A stretch of DNA of 64,000 nucleotides from assembly GCF_006345805.1 (NCBI RefSeq), contig NC_043019.1, positions 8,555,360-8,619,359 of the forward strand, written 5' to 3'. Each line of letters begins with the position of its first letter. Position 1 is the first letter of the stretch. Shown piece after piece: positions 25,889 to 39,870 of the stretch. The position numbers and the translations under genes are program-made. The stretch is from Octopus sinensis (Eukaryota). Below the pieces are notes generated by a model that did not search any database, had not been told where the DNA came from, and saw only the letters and a list, made by a program, of their open reading frames with translations.

Positions 25889-26230
25889 GATGATGATGAT
25901 GATGATAATAATAGTGATAATGATGATAATAGTGATAATTATAACTATAATAATAATAATACTTCTGTAGTTACTACTACTAGCAACAATGCGACTAATG
26001 CTGCTGCTGCCTGTAATACTACTACTACTACTACTACTACTACTACCACTTCCACCACCACCACCACCACCACCACTACCACCACCACCACCTCCACTAC
26101 TACTACTACTACTACCACTTCCAACACCAACACCACCACCACCACTACCTCCACTACTACTACTACTACTACTTCTTCTACTATAACTACTACTATTGCT
26201 CCTACACCTATTACAATCACTACTGCTAGT
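25678..26230. repeat. Compound (AAT)n-(GAT)n-(ACT)n-(ACC)n microsatellite
   Basis: Direct inspection. Confidence 0.95.
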
Positions 26231-26689
26231 AATGCTACTGATAATACCACTACTAGTACAAGATTAAAGATATACAACTTTTTACTAAAAAAAAATGCGA
26301 TGCAATAATTATGGAGGTCGTCTTTTGAAGGTGAAGAACATGGGATAACATTTCCTTCCTTTGATGCGCTTTGATGTAATGTGATGTACATGTGGATATT
26401 AATAAATGAGTCGCCTATCGCACAGGCGGCTCAGTATAAGTACACGTACACACAGGTATACAACACACGTATATATGTATGCATATATGTGCTTAAATAT
26501 GTATGTGTGTATGTGTGTGTGTTAAACTGTAATACAACACCCAGCCGATTTATACATATATATTTATGAGAGCATTGCGTTTTATTTCATACTCAGTTTT
26601 CCTTTGAAAGAAATATATATTTATATTATATTATATTATATTATATCATATATATATATGCCTCTCTCTCTCTCTCTTTGTTTATAAAG

Positions 26690-27148
<459 letters not shown>

Positions 27149-27470
27149 ATGAAACGCTATAATATGCAGACTGCGAAACAAACCAAATATAATATCGCAT
27201 TTTTTGTATAAATTAATCATAGATATTGAACGTGTGAGAAAAAATAATGGAATACTGAGAAATATTCTAAATTGTCTGCAGTGTGTTCATGATATCACGA
27301 AATATTTCAAAGTTATCCGCAACAGATTTATATTTTCGTTACGTCTGAAAACTCATTTATTGTTTAACTACGAAACTGAACAGACACATTGCTATTATAC
27401 AATACGATAGGACATTGTGTAATTTCTACTCTTGCATGATCTATATATCTATATCTATATCTATATATAC

Positions 27471-27509
<39 letters not shown>

Positions 27510-27531
27510 GATATATATATATACATATATA

Positions 27532-27566
<35 letters not shown>

Positions 27567-27589
27567 GAAAGATATGTATATATAATATA

Positions 27590-27631
<42 letters not shown>

Positions 27632-28027
27632 AGAGAGAGAGAGAGAGAGAGAGAGATATGTATATGTAAATATATATATATGTGGGGGTCGAGTGTATAC
27701 ACACACACACAGATATATATATATATATTTAAATTCAAAGAAGTTTTTAACTTTAAGAACAAACGCTCACGGCGGGAAAGCATAGATGAAGAGAGGAAAA
27801 AGTAAAGACAAAGAAATAAATGAATGTGTCTCAATTTAACGATCACCACCTGTCGAAATGACCGGAAGAGGCTGTAGCTGTCTTATGCAGTGGCGGTCAA
27901 GAGGAGGAAGAATCAGTTGGCATATATAAGGGAAAAGCACGCCTGTGTGTATACATATTTACATATATATATATATATATATATGCATGTATGTACGTAT
28001 ATACACACATAGACACCTGTATATATA

Positions 28028-28076
<49 letters not shown>

Positions 28077-29034
28077 CATACCCAGAGTGAGGGGAGAGAA
28101 GGAGAGGAAGAGAGATAGAGACAGAGATACCAATAGATAGATTTATAGATAGATACGTGCATATGAGGTGTTGTATAATGTCGTAGACATCATTTTGCGG
28201 GTACTTTTTTGAATAATTACATGAAAGTATGTTTTTATTTCTCACATCTTAATGTTTTTTTTCATTTCATTCCTTGCAGATTACGTTATACCAGATTGCT
28301 TAAATCGATATTGATTTTACCCTTTGAAAATGAATGTAGATTAAAACCTCTGCAGACTGTTTGATTTCTAAAAAGTCTCTTTAGCAATTGAGGTGTCAAG
28401 AAACATTCGCTTTGTCTATGCGAATTAAGCTTTATATGACTTGATAGGCCTACTACATTTTTTCATTCCAGAAATCGTTCTCATACAGACGACTTTTTTT
28501 TCTCTTATACACATCCTCGGTCTAGACAAAGCCCTATAAACTTTGACACTCTGTAAACCGCATGTTGTGAAAATTCAAAGCAAATTGCGCACGAATTTGC
28601 AAAGCAGTATAATTCAAGAAATGCTTCGATCATATGAGGTGTATCTGAATGAAGAGAAACTGTCTAAATTTGATGAGGGCAGCCTTCGTTATGGAAACGG
28701 CTTAATCCAAGACCAGAGCTCTGCTTATTACTGCAGAATAGTCTTCGTAAGCTTTCCTGAATAGAATCATTACAAGTGGAAACGACAGTGGTCAACGCCC
28801 AATGAACACGTTCCATCTATCCCCAAACCAATGCTATACACAAAAATACATAACTGTGTGTGGATGTGACTGTCTATAAGAGATTTTTATTCATGAAAGA
28901 ATTCACAAACTTATGTTTTGTATGCTCGCATCTATTCATGCTTGTATTCATGCATCTATTCATGCTCGCATCTATTCATGTATGTATGAATGTTTCTATG
29001 TATGTATATTCATGAAGGAGTTCCTCTTACAAAT

Positions 29035-29345
29035 GATCTTTAGGTTGTTCGTTCATTCAGCAAACGGCTTTCATGTCGTGCGTTCGATTTCCGGAGACGA
29101 GTTGCGTCCTTGAGCTAGACACTTTATTTTACGTTGCTCCAATTCACTTACCTCTCAAAAATGAGTAACACCTGTAATTCAAAGAGCCAGCCTAATCAAA
29201 TTCTGTATGACCCTGAATTTCAATGTGAACTGCGCTAAGGGTACTCCTATCTATGGACAGCTTCATCCACTTGCACATTAATTTCGCGAGATGTCTGTTC
29301 CGTTGATCGGAAAAACTGAATCACTGGTAACCATACCCGAACCGA
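29035..29345 (+). mobile_element. tRNA-derived SINE with a CORE-like central domain (family C)
   Basis: B-box-like gttcgatttcc, then gtccttgagctagacactttattttacgttgctccaattcact...aaaaatgag (CORE-like), then gcacattaatttcgcgag...ctgttccgttgatcgga. It matches a cephalopod SINE as I recall it. Confidence 0.6.
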
Positions 29346-30015
29346 GTTCCAGTTATGTTTGGTGCTTATGTTGGTATGCATACATGTATGTTTGTTAGTA
29401 CGGACTTATGTATATATTTATGTGTATGTATATATGCAGCAAGTATGTTTAATTTCGAAAATCGTTGTATTCTTCCACTATGAAACAAATTGGTTCTAAC
29501 GAAATCAGGGAGACTAATCAATCCCTATTTCCGAGATAAGAACAATGGTAAAGAGCCAATTATGGAATTCAAAAGGAGACCTTCATATCTTGCATATCTT
29601 TATTCTGACGCTTATTGATCTTCTTTGCGACGGTTGTATTATATTATTCTGTCTCTATGCATGTTTGTAAGCGTTCATCCTTATATCATGCGTTGGTATG
29701 GACGTATGTGTGTTTCTCTATGCAAGTACCATGTGGAAGCGCATTTACATGCATGTATTAGGGCAGAAATGTGGCAGAATCGTTAATGCGTTGTAATAAA
29801 TGCTTCACCGTATATCGTCTGGCTCTCTGAACAAGGCAATGGGAAATCCAAGTATTCACCGCAATTCTTATCTCGATAGCCGAAGTTTCAGTAGTCAAAA
29901 ATGGTAGGGAAGGACACAAGCCCTCCCATGTCGTAGAGACACTGCTGGAGAAAGGTTCTTATGGAGAGGACCTGCCCATAACACGTCTCTCACTGGACTA
30001 AATTATATATATATA

Positions 30016-30203
30016 TAGTTAATCCAAACAAGAAAACACAAAAATACACAGCAACGCGAGGACGTGAACAAATAAAGTATTATTAGACGCTCAGGAAAGA
30101 AAGGAAGAAGGAGGGTTTAACGTTTCGAGCGGAGCTCTTCGTCGGAAACAAAGGAGAAGGGAAGACAGAGGAAAAAAATTGCTGGCGGTGCTCACGAGCT
30201 CAC
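30016..30203 (-). mobile_element. Short PLE-type terminal repeat fragment carrying a hammerhead motif
   Basis: Bounded by (TA)n on both sides and contains the minimal HHR at 30115-30149. PLE assignment is inferred from the HHR architecture. Confidence 0.55.
30115..30149 (-). ncRNA. Minimal type I hammerhead ribozyme motif (U4C variant, loopless palindromic helix III)
   Basis: Minus strand: GUUU CCGACGA A GAGC-UCC-GCUC GAA AC-GU U AAAC. Helix I is GUUU/AAAC, helix II is 4 bp with an extra A after A9, and the triplet is GUU. Confidence 0.6.
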
Positions 30204-31205
30204 ATATATATATATGTATATAAATATACATATATGTCACTGTGCATGCCTATTTATACATACGTGATTCTGTGAGCATCACCTCTTGATTATAAAGGGA
30301 ATTCTGTGAAACTATTGAGAAAAACAAAACAGGACATTTACAAATGCACTTTAAAAGATCAATTTAGACATGTCCAGCTCCCTAAAAGGCTAAAGCCAGG
30401 CATATAACAATAGTCGGGGTATCAAAGCATTTCTACAAAAGCACATTCTATCACCAAAACAGAAACCCTACTTCTCTCACTCTCTCTCACTCTCTCTGTT
30501 TTTCTCTTCTTTCCACGTATCCCCACGCTCTCACCATCTATCACGCTCCCTCTGTCTCTCTCACTCTTTCTCGCTCTCTCCCTCTCTGTCTCAGTCACTT
30601 GATCATTAACTTCTACACGCTCCATATATTTTGGTCTTCTGTTTTATTTTCTAACTGAACGTCAATATACGTGTGAGGCAACAAATCACACACACTGCTG
30701 TGTGATGTGCGTGCATCTCTGTGTAGATGTAGATATGTATATATGTATATATTTATTCATACATATCCGTGAATGAATATACATATGTAGGTGTATGTAT
30801 GTATGTATGTATGTATATATACATAAATATATGTGTGAATGAATATATATAAACATATATGTATGAGAGTGTATGTGTGTTTGTATATATGTATATATAC
30901 ATACATATATGTGTATATATATATGCACACACACACACACATACACACACATATATATGTATATATATATGTGTGTGTGTGTGTATATATGTATGCATAT
31001 TTCTATACATACTTACATACATATATACACTTATCTACACCCATTTAGGAAATTGTCTTCTGCAACAATTTACACATATATTACAATAATGCACATATAA
31101 AAATAGACATATACCCTCAAATTTACACATATATATATAAACATGTAAATGCATATAAGTACGTATGCATACATACATGCATATATATACTTACGTATAT
31201 ATATT

Positions 31206-31290
<85 letters not shown>

Positions 31291-31605
31291 AGCGATATAT
31301 ATGACGTATATGAGTACATACATGCAGCATGGCACATTTAAATTCCGATTTTCAAACGCAATTAAAACTCCTTAATTACGTTTGTCGGGATTCTGTCTTT
31401 GATCTCGTCGCTTTCAAATTTAATTACCACATGTAATCTCTCCCCGTTCTATTGTCCTCATTACTCTTCTCTCATTCGTTTAGCTTTTCTCTCTACAAAT
31501 GTTCAATACTCTGCTGCGGGCAGCCTCGTTAAAAGCATTCTCGCAGCTGTTCCGTTTCAACCAACTCTATTTGAAGCACCACAATTAAGCGAACACTAAC
31601 GTTGA

Positions 31606-31634
31606 TAATAATAATAATGATAATAATAATAATA

Positions 31635-31689
<55 letters not shown>

Positions 31690-31708
31690 ATAATAATAAT
31701 AACAATAA
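31606..31708. repeat. (AAT)n microsatellite
   Basis: Direct inspection. Confidence 0.95.
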
Positions 31709-31831
31709 TAGGAGATTCAGACAAGTTTGTAACCATAATCCTATACTTTGCGCACACATTCATACATACAAATACACCCACACTCACACACACACAAACA
31801 ATCATAGAGATGCACACAGACACACACACAG

Positions 31832-31864
<33 letters not shown>

Positions 31865-32114
31865 ATAATATATATATATATATGTATATATGTTTGTATA
31901 TAGACATATATGCATACCTACGTATCTACATGCATCCATACATATATATAAATAAATATATATATATATATATAATATATATATATTATATATATATATA
32001 TATATAATATATATATATATGTATATAATGTATATATGTATATATATACATATATATATACACATACACACATAGATAGATATATTCTTCCGTATACATA
32101 TACGTTTATACATG

Positions 32115-32167
<53 letters not shown>

Positions 32168-32510
32168 AGATTAGCGCATGTAAGTACTGTAGATATATAT
32201 TAGACAGACTGCATCATCAACACAACATGCAGAATATAACGCCATTAGGATCCGCCATTTAATTACAAAGTATGCGACGTGGTATAGGACTATACACAGC
32301 TCACATACAATAGATATGACTGCGTATAAAATAAGTTAAAATGGAGCCATTCTTACACACACATATATATATGCAACACAGAGGAACATAAAAGTCTTAG
32401 GTACTGCGCATATATTATTACGTGAATTACGTTTAGTATAAGGGGACAATCTGTAACCAAAGGAACGCAGTGCATACATGGAAGGCATTATAATCAATAT
32501 AATTCATTGT

Positions 32511-32532
32511 CTAGTAGTAATACTACTACTAC

Positions 32533-32612
<80 letters not shown>

Positions 32613-32637
32613 ATGAAAACGACGATGACGATGATGA
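32511..32637. repeat. (ACT)/(AGT)n-(GAT)n microsatellite
   Basis: Direct inspection. Confidence 0.9.
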
Positions 32638-32699
32638 GAAAAGAAGATGCGTGTTTACATGGGAGAGGAATAAAGGCCACGATTGTTAGTGGAGCGGTT

Positions 32700-33000
32700 T
32701 ACACCAACATGTCTAGTTTAGTACTTGCCCGATAGGGTCAATGACGGGAAAATCGGTCACTTGTGGAGTCACGTGTTGAGGTGGAGGATGAGACCGACAG
32801 TAACAATGTAAACTCTTGAGAGATAACCGTGGAAATAGAAAGATTTAATAGACTTAGGAACTGATATTACAGTCGGGTGAAGAGTAAAGAATTAGAGGAG
32901 AGCTAGAAGGTTCTGGATCTGGTGAGAGAGATGAAGGGATTGTGGAGCACAGGGGCTAAATTTGTGTGCTCGGAATAGAGACAAATCTGCGAGCAAAGAC
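32700..33000 (+). mobile_element. Heavily decayed R4/Dong-like RLE non-LTR fragment
   Basis: KVLDLVREMKGLWSTGAKFV at about 32906-32965 parallels KYDRLAWEVKQLCSMKKVAV of the better copy at 52541-52980. Confidence 0.4.
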
Positions 33001-33233
33001 ATTGAGATATGTTCTGTCGCCCTGGGATAAACTTCGATCGTGTAATCTGTAAGAATCTCAACGAACGATTCGTCAGGTTTCGGGGCGACTTGTAGTCAAT
33101 TAAATTCAGGATGATATATAAGCTAAATAAATAGCGAAACCATTGCTGCGGAATGGTGAAAAAGAAGAAGGAAGAGGAGGGGGAGGGGAAGGAGAAGAAC
33201 AACAACAATGATTGTGAATATGCCGATGATGAT

Positions 33234-33266
<33 letters not shown>

Positions 33267-33995
33267 GCTGGTGGTGATGGTGGTAGTAGTGCTGCTCCTG
33301 CTGGTTTTGACGACGACGACGACGATGAAGATGATGAGAATATGAATGTGAAAGGAATGGAAAAAAATCAAGTGATTGATGATGTGAACATTGAAGAGTC
33401 AACTGGAAATGAAGAAGACGCTGAAAGATGATTGATTATCAAAAAGATTGAGAGATTCCTTTTCTTGATCCCGGATTCAATGTGATCCCACCGAACCGTT
33501 TGGATCCTTAAGAGAAATCGTATCACCAATGAAAGAGCAAACGTTAAGCTTTCAATGAAGCATAGAAGGAAAGAGAATGGGATGACCGACTTGGGAAAGT
33601 TAATTAACGCTGAAGATGATTTGAGGGACCCTGTGGTGGGGACGGTGAGGGGTTGGGTATCATGGGAAGAGAAAGGAAGAAATAGAAATAAACGTGGTTG
33701 AGGGAAAGAGAGGAAGGTTATTAAAGAACATATATATAAAGTAGCGAGATTATTTCACGAAGTTCATAAGGTTATACAGAAAACATGAATGTAGTTTACG
33801 CCTTTGGCATGAGACACACTCCACAGATCGTTAAGACATGAATATAATATATAATACAAAGTATTCATGTCACACATGCCACGGTCTTCATTAACACACA
33901 ACAACAAAACGTTGGGCAGGTGCGCTGCGTAACACAATCCAGGAATATAATATATATATATATTTTTGTGATTTTCAAGAGAAAGTAATAGGCCA

Positions 33996-34004
33996 TAGAT
34001 AGTC

Positions 34005-34095
<91 letters not shown>
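33996..34095 (+). repeat. (GATA)n array
   Basis: Direct inspection. Confidence 0.95.
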
Positions 34096-34309
34096 CTTGA
34101 AGGCAAGAAAGTAGTGTGCGCTTGTTAAATCAGAGTCGACGCATTGCAATATTCCGTTGTGTCACATTGGAATGGATCCTAAAGGTGGCCGGATGAGAGA
34201 AGACCGAGGCAAAAACTGTTCAAGACAACACTCTGAAATCTGTGTTTAAATGCAGAAAGAGGAACCTTCAGTGATTATCGCGACGTGGCTGCCGTCCTAT
34301 TATAACGGT

Positions 34310-34845
34310 GTCGCTGATGATGGTGGTGGTAGTGGTGGTGGTGGTGGTGGTGCAGATGGTGGTTGTGGTGATGGTGGTATGGTGTAAGGGGTGGTGGTTG
34401 TGTTATTAAGAGTACTGGTGTCGGTGATGGTCGTGGTATTTGTGTCGGAAGTGGTGGTGGTGGTGATAGTGTTATTGTTGATAATATCGATGGTAGTATG
34501 GTAGTGGGAGGATGGTAGAGGAGTCGATGGAAGTACTGGAGGCGGTTGCGGTGGTGGCGGTGGTGGTGCTGTTGTTGGGTGTGGTCGCGGTGGCGGTGGT
34601 GTTGGTGGTGCTGGTGGCGGTGATTGCGGTGGCGGTGGTGTTGGTGGTGCTGGTGGCAGTGGTTGCGTTGTTTTCTGTTGCTCATGGTGTTGGTAGTGAT
34701 GGTTGTGTTGTGAGTGATAGTGGTGGTGGTGGCGGCGGCGGTTGTAGTTGTGTTGCTATTACTGATCATTGTAGGTGGTGGTGGGGAAGCTGGTTGTGCA
34801 GGTAGTTGTGGTGGTGATGCTGCTGTTGTTCTTGTTATTGTGGTT
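34310..34845. repeat. Decayed (GGT)n/(TGG)n low-complexity tract
   Basis: Direct inspection. Confidence 0.8.
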
Positions 34846-34847
34846 GG

Positions 34848-34975
34848 AGTCGATAAATTAAGTACCAGTTACGCACTGGGGTCGATGTAATCGACTTAAT
34901 CCGTTTGTCTTTCCTTGTTTGTCCCGTCTGTGTTTAGCCCCTAGTGGGTAGTAAAGATAGGCATTCGTTTAGATA
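34848..34975 (+). mobile_element. SINE family B, 3' half
   Basis: gtcgataaattaagtaccagttacgcactggggtcgatgtaatcgacttaatccgtttgtctttccttgtttgtcccgtctgtgtttagcccc matches 60445-60560. Confidence 0.8.
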
Positions 34976-35385
34976 AGTGGATATGGTGTTGTTGGTGGTT
35001 GCGTTTATCAGCAGTGGTCGATCAAGATAATCTATAATCCAATAAGTTCAAACGGTGAATATAAGTTAATTCCTTGAATCCTTTTTTCTATACAAAACTA
35101 TAATGACCGATAGCATCAAACAACATCTTTGAGACTCGTTAAGTCAACAGAATACGATTTAAGTTTAATTTGGCTTCAATGTCTAGCAAGTGGAGTGGTC
35201 ATGCAGAGAGAGTCAGTTTGGTTGGTGAGGACTTGTTGTGGAATTAGCCATGTAAATATAAATCAATGTTTTGTAATCTCTGAATATTTTACAGAGAAGA
35301 GAAGCAAAGGTCAAATGAGAATGATGGTAAAACATGGCCGAGTCAGATAATTATTATTTGTCTGCTGAAATATATCAGTACGTTG

Positions 35386-35471
<86 letters not shown>

Positions 35472-35529
35472 TGTGTGTATATTATATATATATATATATA
35501 ATATATATATATGTATGTATGTATGTATG

Positions 35530-35573
<44 letters not shown>

Positions 35574-35716
35574 AATGTGTGTATGTGTATACATATATGG
35601 GTTTGTTCGTATATGTTTTTGTAAGCGAGTGCGTATGTATGCACATAATATATATATATAACTATATAACTACATATATGTGCATGTGTGTGCGTGTGTA
35701 AATACACAAGCGCACA

Positions 35717-35756
<40 letters not shown>

Positions 35757-37244
35757 CTTATATGCGTAAGGTGTGCGTGTGTTGGTGGGTTGGTAAGCAC
35801 ACTATAAATATGTATATTAGTACGTGAACCGCATATATAAATACATAAATACATATTATTAACAGATGAAAAACTCAATATTGCAAAATGTGATAAATTC
35901 TAGGAGATGGAATCGGTGAATATGAGAATAAGATGGTGGAACTGGAATAATGAGATACATCGAGTTCAAACGCAGGTTAAAATGGCCGCCCTATCTTATG
36001 ATACTAAATAATCTAAATTAATACGTCTGTTTGACGTAAAGATTAACTGATATACTCACACACACATTTTCACATATTACCGATCGACTTGTCTACGGTT
36101 TTAGATATCGATTAAAGGTCCATTGTTATTATCCTTCCTCTGGAAGTAGAGTGGTTCAGCATTAAGTATTATCAGTTGTTTCCGATAATTTCTTGATTTT
36201 TTTCTATTTTGATACTGTTGTTCTTCTTGTTGCAGATTAGAACATATCCAGATAAAAGCTGATATATTAGTAACCACCACGTGCAACAATAAACATGGAG
36301 ATCAGCCGCAGCCAACCACCACAAATAAAATAAGAAGTGTTATTTTGTTTTAATCTTATATAAAACCTTCTCTTGGTTTTGCTGGTTCTTTATATTCTAG
36401 CTACAATAGAAGCCGAATTCAACTTAGCTTTTTGTCCATCCGGGGTAACTTAAATAATAGAGCAGTGAACAACTGGGACCGATGGTATCCATAAATCCGC
36501 CCCCCGATTTATTTCAGGTAAAAGCCTACTACAGAAACGATTGTCATATGTCATTCAGAAATAATTCCTCTGTTTTCTTCCTCATATTTTCAAGACGTGG
36601 TAAAATGTGAAGGTGAATACTCTGCTGAAATCAGCAGTCAGTGACCGGTTTCCCAATATTTCTTACGATCACATCGTTGTTTCCTCCTTTTGATATCATA
36701 TTCTCTATGGACGCTGTGTGTCAGCGCTTTTAGTGTGACTGATGGATTCTCTGGCTTTAGGTTTCAGCTCTCTATGACATGATTTTCAGATGACACGGAG
36801 TAAAATTTATACTTGGCATATCGCGTTGCACAAGCGGACGAGGCACCGTATCCTATACAATAGAATGACCTGCAGTAATTATTCGACTCTCTCTTCTTTA
36901 GACTCAAATATTTCTGAGGCGAACCTTATTCCCTATTAATTCCGGCATTGATAGATGAATTAACACACATTGGACGAGATGCCTGGTGGCTTGAGTTGCA
37001 GCTCTTGGAGGTGTGAGTTTAAATATCCCAACTGAACGGAGTTTCATCAATAGTATGATAACTGCGAATGTCTGGGATCCAGACTAACGCAGGAAAGAAC
37101 AGAAAGGACGCAGGCTACAAATATGATATGATATGGTATTGGGGATCCTTTTTTTGGCGAAGGACGCTTGTCATCATTTGTTTTTTTTTTAGTTTTCTAC
37201 GCCGACCAGATTTATTCATGTCTCAGTCTCGACATCTGCATCTT

Positions 37245-37500
37245 CACAGTCGTCGTCATCGTCATCTTCCTCGTCATCTTCCTCATCATCATCATCACTA
37301 CCACCACCACCACCACCACCACCACCATCATCATCATCATCTTCATCATCATCACAACCACCACTACCGACACCACCGTCATCATCGGCGTAGTCTCCAG
37401 GACCACCATCATCATCATCATCCCCACCACCAACACCCCCGTCATCGTCGTGGTCAGGAGCATCATCTACGTCATCGCCATCGTCATCGTCGTCATCTTT
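37245..37500. repeat. Decayed (CAT)/(CAC)/(CGT)n tract
   Basis: Direct inspection. Confidence 0.8.
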
Positions 37501-37924
37501 ATTATCAGAAATTCTTCATCGTCACACTGTAAAGATATTCAATGATTGTTTTTTTTTATAATAAAGATATATATATCCACCTCTTGTCCATTGCGCTAAG
37601 ATATATTCTGGAGCCTCTGCCAAATTCCAATTCTAACCAAACATCTGTGGATGAGATATTTCTTTCACAATCAAGCGGTGCCAGTTTTGATTCGACTCCT
37701 GGGAACTTCGTGTACGTTTCATTTAGCAAATTACCAAAGACTGTCAAGAAGAATTTAATATAAGATGGCAGATCCAGGGACCGTCATTTGTAACTAAACA
37801 TATATCTACGCGGGTGCCACAGAAGGATTTACATAGACGTATATACATGCCCGTGTACTACATGGGTAACTAAATATATGGATACGAATAGAGGTGTACT
37901 TACATAGAGAAAGTGATAGACGAT

Positions 37925-37938
37925 AGTCAGATAGATAA

Positions 37939-38013
<75 letters not shown>

Positions 38014-38081
38014 TGTTTCTTTATTAGCCACACAGGGCTGCACACAAATAGAACAAATTACAAGGTAGAGCTTTTCTTTTG

Positions 38082-38150
<69 letters not shown>

Positions 38151-38202
38151 GGATGGATATAGATAGATAGATGGATGGATATAGATAGATAGATGGATGG
38201 AT

Positions 38203-38286
<84 letters not shown>

Positions 38287-38318
38287 ATTGATGGATAGAT
38301 AAATGGATAGATGGATAG
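37925..38318 (+). repeat. (GATA)n array interrupted by a 66-bp retroelement tail
   Basis: GATA tracts at 37925-38011 and 38083-38318. Confidence 0.95.
38015..38080 (-). mobile_element. 3' tail of a non-LTR element ending in AATAAAGAAAC-(ATCT)n
   Basis: 61/66 identical to 41749-41814, with an aataaa signal directly before the (ATCT)n tail on the minus strand. Confidence 0.65.
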
Positions 38319-38674
38319 TCATTCATACGTGTGCACAGCATTGTACGCAGGCTGTCAGAGATAACTCGAAATAAATGTTCATATATAGATTGATGGGACG
38401 CACAGCATCAAGTACGTTGTTTTATTGACATAGACTGTTATTGACACGTCACATTTGGCGGCAACGAATTGCATGACATAAATAATCAACTAAGAAGAAT
38501 TTGTCAGCAAATGAAAAGCGAATGGATTTGGCGAGAAATCCAGGCTTAGCATTCAGATGCTTTCCCATTTATTTACGAAAACTATGCATCAATTTAGATA
38601 GAAACGTCTCTAGGATTTGTTGCTTCTACAAGTATATGGCGATGTATAGGAATGGCTTTGTGAATGTATCTGTG

Positions 38675-38721
<47 letters not shown>

Positions 38722-38979
38722 GTGATATAGTTTTCTTACGTGTGCATGTATTTTTATCTTCAAAGTGTGATTGCAAACTAGGTGTTTGTGTTTGTGCGTG
38801 TCAAGAAGAATAATTAAAGAATTCTATAAATGTAGATATTTTCTATGTTAAGCTCTAACTCCCGAAAATATATAACCGCATTTGGATTCTTGTGCATATA
38901 GATATGCACACGTTTACACATACACACAAACACAGTCTCATATACATACATACATATATGCATACATACATACATACAT

Positions 38980-38987
38980 ATAGATAG

Positions 38988-39038
<51 letters not shown>

Positions 39039-39088
39039 TAGATGATACACAGACAGATAGATAGACAGATAGATAGATAGATAGATAG

Positions 39089-39132
<44 letters not shown>

Positions 39133-39201
39133 GAGAGATTGATAGATGGATAGATAGATATAGATAATAGATGGATAGATGATAGATAGATAGATTGATA
39201 T

Positions 39202-39241
<40 letters not shown>

Positions 39242-39303
39242 TTACAATAGATGGACAATGGATGATAGATAGATAAATTAGAGACAAATAGGTAGATAGA
39301 TAG
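38980..39303 (+). repeat. Degenerate (GATA)n array
   Basis: Direct inspection. Confidence 0.9.
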
Positions 39304-39870
39304 ATATACATATTATATACGCATGAACACGTACACACATATGCACACAGAGAAAGAAACAAACACACATACATGCATATATAAACGTGAAGATAAGATC
39401 CGGAATGATGTAAGTAAATGAATCTTACAGAATGTTTTTTTTGTTATATCATATATATATAGATATATATATATGTATATATACATATACACATATATAT
39501 ATATATATACATATATATTCAATATGTTGACTGAGTCACTATTCTTGCTTGCGTTTGCAAGAGAAGGACGAAAATAGCTGTGTGAAGAATATCTGTTTTC
39601 CATTTGAAGTAAATCAAAATGTTACATTTTTACAATGAAACACTGTATACATCAATATTTCATATTTCCTCTCTATATGTATAAACATACTGTTTCAGCT
39701 TAGTGTGATTTGTCAGTGAACTACTGAGAAATGTCACAGACACACATTTATAGACTCACATTTACTCTGTGTCTTATTCCATTATAGGATGATTTGAAAC
39801 ATTCATATATAATGATATGTATATAGATCCATACATACACAAACACACACACACACACACACATATATAT

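Noticed and set aside
28543-28764. Non-repetitive 73-aa ORF
   Set aside because: No recognisable domain, and the length is expected by chance.
37542-37763. Non-repetitive 73-aa ORF
   Set aside because: No recognisable domain or clear splice signals.
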